From an uncultured Eubacterium sp. (GTDB taxonomy: Bacteria > Bacillota > Clostridia > Oscillospirales > Acutalibacteraceae), in the NCBI GenBank assembly GCA_934561395.1, contig CAKTGF010000004.1:170936-234935 (forward strand): a stretch of 64,000 bases of DNA, given 5' to 3'. The position numbers were made by a program, and so were the translations under genes. The notes under the pieces are model-generated. The model was not told the origin of the DNA. It did no database searches and was given only the letters and a program-made list of their open reading frames with translations. Positions within the stretch are counted from its first letter, which is position 1. Each line of letters opens with the position of its first letter. This document shows positions 1-8,579 of the stretch, in pieces.

Positions 1-2
1 AG

Positions 3-332
3 GTGCTGTCACCCTTAAGACTTTGCGGCTACACCAAGGACGAAATAAGAAAGCAAGCGAAAAATGCAGGGCTGTTTCTTTGGAACAAGCCTGCCTACGC
101 CTGCCTTGCCACAAGAATTAAGCCAAATGAGGAAATAACCCCAAACGCCCTTAATTTTGTAGAAAAAGCTGAAATGTTTATGATGAATTTAGGCTTTAAA
201 AACATTAGGGTAAGGGTCAGCCAAAATGAGGCAACGATAATTTTAAAGGATAACAACCAAGAATTGCTCAAAGAAAAAAGAAACATTATTGAAAAGGAAT
301 TTTCACAATACTTTAACAAGGTAAATTTTTAA
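3..332 (+). CDS. C-terminal fragment (5'-truncated by window edge) of a PP-loop ATP-utilising enzyme, LarE-like sulfur transferase family
   Basis: 109-aa ORF running from the window edge. The C-terminal region carries the 'ACLATR' Cys-containing motif that I recall from TIGR00268/LarE-type enzymes. A terminator and the ECF metal transporter genes follow. Assignment is from motif memory only. Confidence 0.45.
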   Translation: MLSPLRLCGYTKDEIRKQAKNAGLFLWNKPAYACLATRIKPNEEITPNALNFVEKAEMFMMNLGFKNIRVRVSQNEATIILKDNNQELLKEKRNIIEKEFSQYFNKVNF

Positions 333-345
333 AAATAACCCCCCA

Positions 346-367
346 CCCCGCTTGTGGCGGGGTTTTT
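346..367 (+). terminator. Rho-independent terminator
   Basis: A CCCCGC/GCGGGG stem with a TTGTG loop, followed by a TTTTT run directly after the stop codon of the upstream ORF. Confidence 0.7.
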
Positions 368-411
368 AATATGCTATTATTCCATTTGAAATATGAAAAA
401 GGAGCACTCTT

Positions 412-1407
412 ATGCACATTCCCGAAAATTATTTAAGCCCATCAACCTGTGCCGTGTTCACTGCCGCAACAGTGCCTGCATGGACATACGCTGTAAAAAA
501 GGTAAAAACCACTGTTACAAAGGACAAAATGCCCCTGCTGGGTGTTTTTGCTGCATTTTCATTTGTGGCAATGATGTTTAACATTCCCCTGCCAGGCGGA
601 ACCACCGGCCATGCGGTCGGCGGCACGCTTATAGCGATACTTTTGGGGCCTGAGGCTGCCTGCCTGTCAGTCAGCGTTACGCTGATTATTCAGGCGCTTT
701 TATTCGGTGACGGCGGTATACTTGCAATCGGCCCAAACTGCTTTAATATGGCTTTTGTGCTCCCCTTTGTGGGCTACGGAGTGTATTCACTTATTGCAGG
801 TAAGGCAAAAACAAAAAAAGGCAGATACATCGGTGCGGCAATCGGCTCGTATTTGGGCATCAACGCCGCTTCACTTTGTGCGGCAATAGAATTTGGGGTT
901 CAGCCCTACCTGTTTAAGGCAAGCGACGGCTCGGCACTGTATTGCCCATATGGCTTAAGCACCTCAATACCTGCAATGATGATTGGCCATTTAACAATTT
1001 TCGGCTTAGCCGAGATTATATTTACCGTTGCGGTATTAATGTTTGTTGACAGCACCGCACCTGAAATCGGCAGACAGGCTCCCAAAACAAAAAAAGGCAC
1101 CACAGCTTTGGGAATTTTGCTTGCAATTCTTATTTGCGCCACCCCATTGGGACTTTTGGCAACCGGCACAGCCTGGGGCGAATGGAGCGCAGAGGAAATC
1201 GGCGAAATGGTAAGCTATATTCCCAAGGGCTTTGAAAACGGCCCCCTTGCGGCATTTGAGGCAATCTGCCCAGATTATTCAATAGGCTCGCTGCCTGAAT
1301 GGGTGGGCTATATTCTCTCTGCCGTTATTGGCATTTCAATAGCAATTATAATTTTCAAAACAGTCAGCACCTTTATGAAAGAAAAGGTTAACTATGACAA
1401 GCAGTAA
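412..1407 (+). CDS. cbiM: ECF transporter substrate-specific component, CbiM/NikM family, with a fused C-terminal CbiN/PDGLE-like extension (Lar(MN)-like nickel/cobalt uptake)
   Basis: N-terminal 'MHIPENYLSP' signature of CbiM/NikM and a multi-TM body. There are ~100 extra C-terminal residues with 'TAWGEW...PDY' and an additional TM helix. The RBS AAAGGAG lies 8 nt upstream of the start. Confidence 0.8.
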   Translation: MHIPENYLSPSTCAVFTAATVPAWTYAVKKVKTTVTKDKMPLLGVFAAFSFVAMMFNIPLPGGTTGHAVGGTLIAILLGPEAACLSVSVTLIIQALLFGDGGILAIGPNCFNMAFVLPFVGYGVYSLIAGKAKTKKGRYIGAAIGSYLGINAASLCAAIEFGVQPYLFKASDGSALYCPYGLSTSIPAMMIGHLTIFGLAEIIFTVAVLMFVDSTAPEIGRQAPKTKKGTTALGILLAILICATPLGLLATGTAWGEWSAEEIGEMVSYIPKGFENGPLAAFEAICPDYSIGSLPEWVGYILSAVIGISIAIIIFKTVSTFMKEKVNYDKQ

Positions 1408-2206
1408 CATCCCAAGCTGGTTGTGTGAAAAGCAGGAATACACACCGCAAAGCGACAATTTAACCTTTGCAGCAAAAAGCACCAAGGCTTTGGTAAAAGC
1501 ACTGTCGGGCTTTAAGCGCAGAGGCGCTGAAATAAAGGCGAAAAGGGCAAGCACACCCATTCGCCTTTTTGTTGCGTTTGCGGCTATATTGCTTACAAGC
1601 CTTTCAAAAAATTTCAGTTTTACATTCTTTATGCTCGCCGCTGTAATTTTAAGAATTGCATTCCTAAAGGCGGAGGAAATAAAGGCACTGCTTAAAGTTT
1701 TATTTCCATGCCTTATTTTATCACTGCTGATATTGTTGCCGTCGGCATTTTTAGGTAACCCGAAAACGCCCCTTAACATATTAAGCAAAATTTTTGTGTG
1801 TATAAGTCTTGTAAGCGTTATTAACCTAACATCAAGCTTTAATGAAATAACATTGGGACTGAAAAGCTTTCACATACCCGACATAGTAATTTTCACAATT
1901 GACATTGCAATAAAATACATATTCATTTTAGGGGACATTTGCGTTAATATGCTAACAGCTCTAAAGGTGCGTTCAATTGGTAAAAACAGCAGCAAAAGCA
2001 CCTCTGCCTCCGGTATTTTGGGGACTGTTTTTATTAAAACAAAAGACTGTGCCGACGATACCGCCAAGGCTATGGAATGCCGTGGCTTTTGCGGCGAATA
2101 CCCCGCAGCAAATAAAAAGAGCAGGCTGAGCGTGTATGATTTTGCGGCACTTGCTGCCCTTGTGGCAATACTTATTGCTTATGTATATTTGGAGGCTTTT
2201 GTATGA
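1394..2206 (+). CDS. cbiQ: ECF transporter transmembrane (T) component CbiQ family
   Basis: 270-aa polytopic membrane protein encoded directly after CbiM and before the ATPase, overlapping both. The hydrophobic profile is typical of CbiQ/EcfT. Confidence 0.7.
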   Translation: MTSSNIPSWLCEKQEYTPQSDNLTFAAKSTKALVKALSGFKRRGAEIKAKRASTPIRLFVAFAAILLTSLSKNFSFTFFMLAAVILRIAFLKAEEIKALLKVLFPCLILSLLILLPSAFLGNPKTPLNILSKIFVCISLVSVINLTSSFNEITLGLKSFHIPDIVIFTIDIAIKYIFILGDICVNMLTALKVRSIGKNSSKSTSASGILGTVFIKTKDCADDTAKAMECRGFCGEYPAANKKSRLSVYDFAALAALVAILIAYVYLEAFV

Positions 2207-2838
2207 TAGAATTAAAGGACATTTGCTTTGCTTATGACAGCAAGCCGATTTTATCCCATTTCAATTTGAATATTGACAAGGGCGAATTTGTGGTAATTAA
2301 GGGCGACAACGGCTGCGGAAAATCCACCCTGCTGAATATAATAAATGCCCTCAGTTTTCCCGAAATTGGCTCATACACCTTAAACGGCAAAGCAATTGAC
2401 GAAAAAGCAATGAAAAACGACAGTTTTGCTAAAGAGTTTCATCAGCAAATCGGCTATGTTTTCCAAAACACGGATATTCAGCTTTTTTGTTCAAGAGTTT
2501 ATGATGAAATTGCCTTTGGGCCAAGGCAAATGGGGCTTTCCGCTGACGAAATAAGAAAAAGATGCGATGATTTAATTAAGCTTTTAGACATCGAGGAGCT
2601 AAGGGAAAGGGCTCCCTACCATCTTTCAATGGGAGAAAAGAAAAAGGTTGCCATTGCCGCAGTGCTTGCGGTAAACCCTGAAATTTTAATTCTTGACGAG
2701 CCCATGAATTTTCTTGACAAAAGCTCAAGAGAGTGGATTAAAAGCTTTTTGTTTTCACTAAAGGGTATTAAAACAATTATTATTGTTTCCCACACCGATG
2801 ATTTTGACGAAAATGCCCACAGAATAATTAATATGTAA
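2203..2838 (+). CDS. cbiO: ECF transporter ATPase (A) component CbiO
   Basis: Walker A 'GDNGCGKST', ABC signature 'LSMGEKKK' and Walker B 'ILILDEP'. The protein is 211 aa, a length typical of ECF A components. Confidence 0.85.
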   Translation: MIELKDICFAYDSKPILSHFNLNIDKGEFVVIKGDNGCGKSTLLNIINALSFPEIGSYTLNGKAIDEKAMKNDSFAKEFHQQIGYVFQNTDIQLFCSRVYDEIAFGPRQMGLSADEIRKRCDDLIKLLDIEELRERAPYHLSMGEKKKVAIAAVLAVNPEILILDEPMNFLDKSSREWIKSFLFSLKGIKTIIIVSHTDDFDENAHRIINM

Positions 2839-2894
2839 CCCAAACGGGCCGACCCACAATTGTGAGCCGACCCGTTTTTTACTGTTTTATGCTG

Positions 2895-3614
2895 TTACTT
2901 AATGCACAGCTTATTATCATTATGATACCAAACAAGAATATAACCCGATGGAATTTTTGCCCAAACATTGCCTGTTGATATTTTTTTAACCTTTGAAATG
3001 CTGACAACAGTGCCCTTTTTAAGGCAGGCCTCCGCAGACGCCTTAGTAGAGGTGGCGTGCTTTTTGCCGTCAGCGGTAAGCTGCGACACCTTTTTTCTTT
3101 TTGTAGCGGTGCCGTAGCCGTTATAAACATATCGCTTTTCCGTTAAAGTATATTTGCCGTCCTCAATTTTTGGGGCGTTAACAATATTGCCCTGCTCCAA
3201 GGGGCGCAAAACGCCTAAAAATGAAGAATAGCCGTGCTTTATTTTGGTCATAGGCTCATGCTTTGAGGAGGGGTAGTTTTGGTCATAGGAATAAAAATAC
3301 TTTTCGTTACCCTCTCCCGATGCAATACTGACATGGCCGAGGCCGCTTTTTGATGTGAAAACGCACACATCTCCCTTTTGTGGCACAAATTTGGCGGTGT
3401 TGCCAATCCACTTAAAATTGTGTGTCAAATAATCGGAGGTGTGGCGCTTGTTATAATATTCAATAGCGTTACCGATTGACTGGGGCGTAACCCCCAAAAC
3501 ATTTGCAACAAAGTGCTTTACCAAATCAACGCACTGAATACCATAGGCATTATCGTAATCAAGACCCTTGCCTATAAATTTTTTAACCCAATTGTCCATT
3601 GTCATGGGAATCAT
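2895..3614 (-). CDS. Phage-type endolysin: N-terminal CHAP peptidase/amidase domain plus C-terminal bacterial SH3 (SH3b) wall-binding domain
   Basis: CHAP catalytic Cys context 'GIQCVDLV' and His 'GLGHVSIASG'. The C-terminal 'VWAKIPSGYILVWY' motif is SH3b-like. The start overlaps the holin gene. Confidence 0.75.
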   Translation of the reverse strand: MIPMTMDNWVKKFIGKGLDYDNAYGIQCVDLVKHFVANVLGVTPQSIGNAIEYYNKRHTSDYLTHNFKWIGNTAKFVPQKGDVCVFTSKSGLGHVSIASGEGNEKYFYSYDQNYPSSKHEPMTKIKHGYSSFLGVLRPLEQGNIVNAPKIEDGKYTLTEKRYVYNGYGTATKRKKVSQLTADGKKHATSTKASAEACLKKGTVVSISKVKKISTGNVWAKIPSGYILVWYHNDNKLCIK

Positions 3615-3810
3615 CCTCCTTTCCCTCTAAATTCATAACAGCTGCCAAGCCGGCGGCAAGGGTGGAAACCGCAAGACCTATCAACGCAGATTTGATTGCG
3701 CTTTTTTCGCTGTCAAAATTAATTAATGCTATATTAACCGTAAAATATGCCACAGCCGCCTGCACAAAGGTTCGCAGGGCACGCTTGACGGAATTTTTAG
3801 TTATTTTCAT
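3583..3810 (-). CDS. Holin (small phage holin with 2-3 TM helices and a charged C-terminus)
   Basis: 75 aa with 'TFVQAAVAYFTV' and 'LIGLAVSTLAAGLAAV' TM segments and an acidic/charged tail 'EGKEDDSHDNGQLG'. It lies immediately upstream of, and overlaps, the endolysin. Confidence 0.65.
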   Translation of the reverse strand: MKITKNSVKRALRTFVQAAVAYFTVNIALINFDSEKSAIKSALIGLAVSTLAAGLAAVMNLEGKEDDSHDNGQLG

Positions 3811-4034
3811 AATATATCATACTCTCCTTCAAGTTTATTTATTCTGTTTTCAAGCACAGAAAATCTTTCTTCTATAATCGGTATTCTTTCAGCAAAATTA
3901 TTATGCTTATCAACCTTTTGTTCAAGCTGCTGTATTCTGTATGCGGTCAGCTTTGAGGAGGTTATAATGCCCCCAAAGGTGCCCGACAGTGTGCCGATTA
4001 ATGCCAAAACAGCAACTGCTACCTCACTATTCAT
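3807..4034 (-). CDS. BhlA/UviB/XhlA-like holin-associated membrane protein (N-terminal TM plus C-terminal coiled coil)
   Basis: 75 aa with an N-terminal TM 'VAVAVLALIGTLSGTFGGII' followed by a heptad-like coiled coil 'QQLEQKVDKHNN...NRINKLEGE'. It overlaps the holin start by 4 nt (ATGA). Confidence 0.55.
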   Translation of the reverse strand: MNSEVAVAVLALIGTLSGTFGGIITSSKLTAYRIQQLEQKVDKHNNFAERIPIIEERFSVLENRINKLEGEYDIL

Positions 4035-4231
4035 ATATTCACTCCTTTAAAATTTGTTCCCTAAGATAAGCTCAAAGATTAGAGAAAAAAGGCGGCGTTG
4101 TCAACACATTTTAAGACACAGTACAATTATTTGGGCTGCATTATAGCACAATTTGTGCAATGCGTGCATATTTGAATTTTATGCATATATATTCATTACA
4201 ATGTATATTTATAATAAATTTCAAATTGCTA

Positions 4232-4259
4232 TTGACATATCATTTTAGCAGTGTATAAT
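4232..4259 (+). promoter_or_regulatory. Sigma-A promoter for the arg operon (TTGACA-N16-TGTATAAT) with ARG-box-like operators just upstream
   Basis: TTGACA at 4232-4237 and TATAAT at 4254-4259, preceded by TG. Upstream there is a TTTGAATTTTATGCATAT / ATATTCATTACAATGTATA pair resembling ArgR/AhrC boxes (~4190-4230), and a GCACAATTTGTGC palindrome (~4147-4159). Confidence 0.5.
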
Positions 4260-4330
4260 ATATGTAATTAAATTTTAGTTGGTAAGTATTTGTGCATACT
4301 TATTCTAATATTACGGAGAAATGTATAAAA

Positions 4331-5272
4331 ATGACAAAAGTATTCATTGACGGCAGCCAAGGAACAACAGGCTTAAAGATTTTCAAACGCTTTGAGGGCA
4401 GAAACGATATTGAGCTTTTGCAAATTGCAGAGGACAAGCGCAAGGATGCCCAAGAGCGTGCAAAAATGATTAACGAGTCTGACATTACCTTTCTTTGCCT
4501 GCCCGACCAAGCAAGCATTGAGGCTGTGAGCCTTGTTAAAAACGAAACTGTAAAAATTATTGACACCTCAACCGCTCACAGAACAAACCCGGGTTGGGCC
4601 TACGGCTTCCCCGAGCTTGACAAAAGTTTTAGAGAAAAAATCAAAACATCAAACCGCATTGCGGTGCCCGGCTGTTATGCAAGCGGTTTTAACTCAATTG
4701 TTTATCCGCTGACAGCATCGGGCTTAATGGCAAGGGATTACCCCATAACCTGCTACGCCATGAGCGGCTACACAGGCGCAGGCAAAAAGGGCATTGCTCA
4801 ATATGAGGACGAAAGCCGTGACAGCGAGCTTGATTCTCCAAGGCAATACGCATTAACCCAGCAACACAAGCATTTGAAAGAAATGAAAGCAATTTCAGGG
4901 TTGGAGCGAACACCGATTTTCGCCCCACACATTTGCGATTATCCCTGCGGCATGGTGGTTTCAATACCAATCTTTACCGATATGCTGACCAAAAAGGTTA
5001 CCCCAAAGGAGCTGCGTGAAATGTTTGCCGCTCACTACGAGGGTGAGCAATTTGTAAAGGTCAGAGAGGTTGGCTATTCAACAGCCATGATAGGCGCCAA
5101 CAACTTTGCCCAAAGGGACGATATGGAAATTGAAATTAACGGAAACGAGGACAGAATAATTGTTACCTCACGGTTTGACAACCTGGGCAAGGGTGCAAGC
5201 GGTGCGGCAATACAGTGCCTTAACATTGCAATGGGCATTGACGAAGCAACAGGTCTTAACTTAGGAGAATAA
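4331..5272 (+). CDS. argC: N-acetyl-gamma-glutamyl-phosphate reductase
   Basis: N-terminal 'KVFIDGSQGTTGLKI' Rossmann motif and the catalytic 'PGCYASG' motif. It is the first gene of the argCJBDF order. The ATG at 4331 has GGAG upstream; the track ORF starts 39 nt earlier. Confidence 0.85.
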   Translation: MTKVFIDGSQGTTGLKIFKRFEGRNDIELLQIAEDKRKDAQERAKMINESDITFLCLPDQASIEAVSLVKNETVKIIDTSTAHRTNPGWAYGFPELDKSFREKIKTSNRIAVPGCYASGFNSIVYPLTASGLMARDYPITCYAMSGYTGAGKKGIAQYEDESRDSELDSPRQYALTQQHKHLKEMKAISGLERTPIFAPHICDYPCGMVVSIPIFTDMLTKKVTPKELREMFAAHYEGEQFVKVREVGYSTAMIGANNFAQRDDMEIEINGNEDRIIVTSRFDNLGKGASGAAIQCLNIAMGIDEATGLNLGE

Positions 5273-5274
5273 TT

Positions 5275-6528
5275 ATGGAAAACAAATTTGAACTGATACA
5301 GGGCGGAATTTGTGCCGCAAAGGGCTTTAAGGCAAACGGCACATACTGCGGAATTAAAAAGCTTGCCAACGACGACCCAAGCATAAAGCACAAAAACGAT
5401 ATTTGCCTTTATGTTTCTGATGTGGAGTGCAATGCGGCGGCTGTATATACTCAAAACAAGGTAAAGGGCGCACCCATCCTTGTTACAAAGGCTAACCTTG
5501 AAAAATCCGGCAACAAGGCGATTGCGGTTATTGCCAACAGCAAAAACGCCAACACCTGCAATGCAGACGGCGTTGAAAAAGCAAACAGAATGTGCCAGCT
5601 TGTTGCAAACGAGCTTAACATACCTCGGGAGCAGGTAATTGTTGCGTCAACCGGCGTAATAGGTCAAATATTACCTATCGAGCCTATTGAAAAGGCCGTA
5701 CCCATTCTTGCAAAGGGGCTTTGCTACAACAAAAACAACGAGGCTGCCACAGCTATTATGACAACTGACACTGTAAAAAAGGAATATGCCGTTGAATTTG
5801 AAATTAACGGCGTTAAGTGCAGGCTCGGCGGCATGGCAAAGGGCTCGGGAATGATTCACCCCAATATGGCAACAACCCTTAACTTTATTACCAGCGACTG
5901 TGCAATCAGTGCAGAACTGCTGCAAAAGGCACTGTCAGATATTGTTAAGGTTACATACAACTGCTTATCCGTTGACGGCGACACATCAACAAACGATATG
6001 GTTTGCATTATGGCAAACGGCCTTGCTTTTAACGATGAAATAACAGCAGAGGATGAAAATTACGAAATATTCAAATCGGCATTGTTTGAGGTTATGGCTA
6101 ACCTTACAAGAATGCTTGCAAAGGACGGCGAGGGTGCAACCAAGCTTTTGGAATGTATTACCGTGGGTGCAAAGGATAAGGACACTGCAATCACAGTTGC
6201 AAAGAGCGTTGTCTGCTCCACCCTTTTCAAGGCTGCAATGTTCGGCGAGGACGCCAACTGGGGCCGTGTGCTTTGTGCAATCGGCTATGCCGACGCTGAT
6301 TTTGACATTAACAAGGTTGATGTTGATTTAAAGAGCGACAAGGGCATTGTTTCGGTTTGCAGAAACGGCGCAGGCGTTGAATTCAGCGAAGAAAAAGCAG
6401 CAGAGGTGCTTTCTTCCGATGAAATTCAAATTCTTGTAAATCTTAATTCAGGCGAAAGCGACGCTATGGCCTGGGGCTGCGACCTTACATATGATTATGT
6501 AAAAATCAACGGCGATTACAGAACCTGA
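5275..6528 (+). CDS. argJ: Bifunctional ornithine acetyltransferase / N-acetylglutamate synthase
   Basis: 417 aa with the autoproteolytic 'MATTL' threonine motif ('NMATTLNF') of the ArgJ family. Confidence 0.9.
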   Translation: MENKFELIQGGICAAKGFKANGTYCGIKKLANDDPSIKHKNDICLYVSDVECNAAAVYTQNKVKGAPILVTKANLEKSGNKAIAVIANSKNANTCNADGVEKANRMCQLVANELNIPREQVIVASTGVIGQILPIEPIEKAVPILAKGLCYNKNNEAATAIMTTDTVKKEYAVEFEINGVKCRLGGMAKGSGMIHPNMATTLNFITSDCAISAELLQKALSDIVKVTYNCLSVDGDTSTNDMVCIMANGLAFNDEITAEDENYEIFKSALFEVMANLTRMLAKDGEGATKLLECITVGAKDKDTAITVAKSVVCSTLFKAAMFGEDANWGRVLCAIGYADADFDINKVDVDLKSDKGIVSVCRNGAGVEFSEEKAAEVLSSDEIQILVNLNSGESDAMAWGCDLTYDYVKINGDYRT

Positions 6529-6546
6529 TAAAGAGAGGGCAGTAAA

Positions 6547-7401
6547 ATGGACTTAGATAACAGAATGAAGGCGGAGGTTCTTGCAGAGGCTCTCCCCCAT
6601 ATTCAAAGATACAGAAAGAAAACCATTGTTGTTAAATACGGCGGCAACGCAATGATTAACGAGGAGCTTAAGGAAGCGGTTATGCACGACCTGGTTCTTT
6701 TAACAACCATAGGCATTAAGGTTGTGCTTGTTCACGGCGGCGGCCCTGCCATTAACAGAACCCTTGAGCAAATGGGCATTGAAAGCAAGTTTGTTGATGG
6801 GCTCCGTGTTACGGATAAGGAAACCGTTGATGTTGTTCAAATGGTGCTTGCAGGCAAGGTTAACAAGGATTTGGTTTGCAAAATCTGCAATTTGGGCGGC
6901 CACGCAATCGGCCTTTCGGGTATGGACGGCAATATGATTAAATGCAGCCCCCTTGACACAAGCCACGGCTATGTGGGCGAGATTATCGAAACTAATATGG
7001 AGGTTATTAACGAGGTTCTTGATAATAACTTTATCCCTGTTGTTTCAACAATCGGCTTTGACGAAAAAGGCAACTGCTACAACATTAACGCTGACACCGT
7101 AGCCGCAAGAATTGCAGGTGACCTTAAGGCGGAGGCTTTAATTTCAATGACAGATATTATCGGCCTTTTAAGGGATGTTAACGATGAAAGCTCAAAAATC
7201 CAAAAGGTATTTATAAGCGATATTCCGGCACTTGTAAGCGACGGAATCATTAAAGGCGGTATGATACCGAAAATTGATTCAATGACCCAGGCAATAAGAA
7301 ACGGCTGTAAAAAAGCATTTATTATTGACGGCAGAGTTCCCCACTCCATACTTATGGAAATGCTTACCGACGAGGGCTTGGGAACAATGTTCAGGGGCTA
7401 A
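6547..7401 (+). CDS. argB: Acetylglutamate kinase
   Basis: 284 aa with 'VVKYGGNAM' and 'VLVHGGGP' amino-acid-kinase motifs, in operon position between argJ and argD. Confidence 0.9.
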   Translation: MDLDNRMKAEVLAEALPHIQRYRKKTIVVKYGGNAMINEELKEAVMHDLVLLTTIGIKVVLVHGGGPAINRTLEQMGIESKFVDGLRVTDKETVDVVQMVLAGKVNKDLVCKICNLGGHAIGLSGMDGNMIKCSPLDTSHGYVGEIIETNMEVINEVLDNNFIPVVSTIGFDEKGNCYNINADTVAARIAGDLKAEALISMTDIIGLLRDVNDESSKIQKVFISDIPALVSDGIIKGGMIPKIDSMTQAIRNGCKKAFIIDGRVPHSILMEMLTDEGLGTMFRG

Positions 7402-7415
7402 GAAAGGTAAAATAC

Positions 7416-8579
7416 ATGAACACTAAGGAACTTGACAACAAATATGTTGCACATTCATACGGCAGGTTTGATGTTTGCCTGACTGAGGGCAGCGGCTCAA
7501 CACTTTATGACGAGGCAGGCAAAAAATACATTGATTTCGGTTCGGGAATCGGCGTAAACGCCTTTGGAATTTGCGACGACGAATGGAAAAACGCCGTTAC
7601 CGAGCAGCTTGACAAGGTGCAGCACACCTCAAACCTTTACTACACCGAGCCCTGTGCAAAATTGGCACAGCTGCTTTGCACAAAAACAGGGATGAAAAAA
7701 GTTTTCTTTTGCAATTCCGGTGCAGAGGCTAACGAGGGCGCAATAAAATTTGCAAGAAAATACAGCAACAACAAATACGGCGAGGAGAGGTCAACAATTA
7801 TTACCCTTGTTGACTCCTTCCACGGCAGAACAATAACCACGCTTGCCGCAACCGGTCAGGAGGTTTTTCACACCGATTTCGGCCCCTTCACCCCCGGCTT
7901 TAAATACTGCCCTGCCAACGATATTGAGGCATTAAGAAAAATGGTAACAGACGATGTTTGCGCCATTATGTTTGAGTGTATTCAAGGCGAGGGCGGCGTT
8001 AACAACCTTAACGAGGATTTTGTTGCGGAAATCAACACCCTTGCAAAGGAAAAGGACATTTTAATGGTTGTTGACGAGGTTCAAACAGGCAACGGCAGAA
8101 CAGGCAAATATTTTTCATACGAGCATTTCGGCATTAAGCCGGACATTGTTTCAACAGCCAAGGGTCTTGGCGGCGGCTTGCCCATCGGCGCTGTTTTATT
8201 CGGCGAAAAAACGGCAGACTGCGTTACACCGTCAAGCCACGGCTCAACCTTTGGTGGCAACCCCATTGTTGCCGCAGGTGCAATCAGCATTGTTGAAAGA
8301 ATTGACGATGACTTTTTAATTGCGGTAACCGAAAAAGGCAAATACATAAAGAACTTTGTTAAAAACATTAAGGGTGTTAAAAGCATTTCGGGCATGGGCT
8401 TGATGGTTGGCATTGAAACCCACAAAAACGCCGGCGACATTGCCAAGGAGTGCCTTGAAAAAGGGCTTTTGGTTTTAACCGCTCACAAAAACAAGGTAAG
8501 GCTGCTCCCCGCCCTTAACATAAGCTTTGGCGAATTAAACGAAGGATTAAATATTTTGAAAGAGGTAATTGAAAAATGA
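7416..8579 (+). CDS. argD: Acetylornithine aminotransferase (class III PLP aminotransferase)
   Basis: 387 aa with 'VVDEVQTGNGRTGK' and the PLP lysine context 'STAKGLGGG'. Confidence 0.9.
   Translation: MNTKELDNKYVAHSYGRFDVCLTEGSGSTLYDEAGKKYIDFGSGIGVNAFGICDDEWKNAVTEQLDKVQHTSNLYYTEPCAKLAQLLCTKTGMKKVFFCNSGAEANEGAIKFARKYSNNKYGEERSTIITLVDSFHGRTITTLAATGQEVFHTDFGPFTPGFKYCPANDIEALRKMVTDDVCAIMFECIQGEGGVNNLNEDFVAEINTLAKEKDILMVVDEVQTGNGRTGKYFSYEHFGIKPDIVSTAKGLGGGLPIGAVLFGEKTADCVTPSSHGSTFGGNPIVAAGAISIVERIDDDFLIAVTEKGKYIKNFVKNIKGVKSISGMGLMVGIETHKNAGDIAKECLEKGLLVLTAHKNKVRLLPALNISFGELNEGLNILKEVIEK

Noticed and set aside
333-411. Cobalamin riboswitch upstream of cbiM
   Set aside because: Only ~45 nt lie between the terminator and the start codon. 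A B12 element needs ~200 nt, and the B12-box consensus is not present.
2846-2882. Apparent hairpin with a T-run after cbiO (AAACGGGCCGACCCACAATTGTGAGCCGACCCGTTTTTT)
   Set aside because: On inspection the arms are direct repeats (CCGACCC...CCGACCC) around a short CACAATTGTG palindrome. This is not a stable inverted repeat. It may still terminate weakly but cannot be called with confidence.
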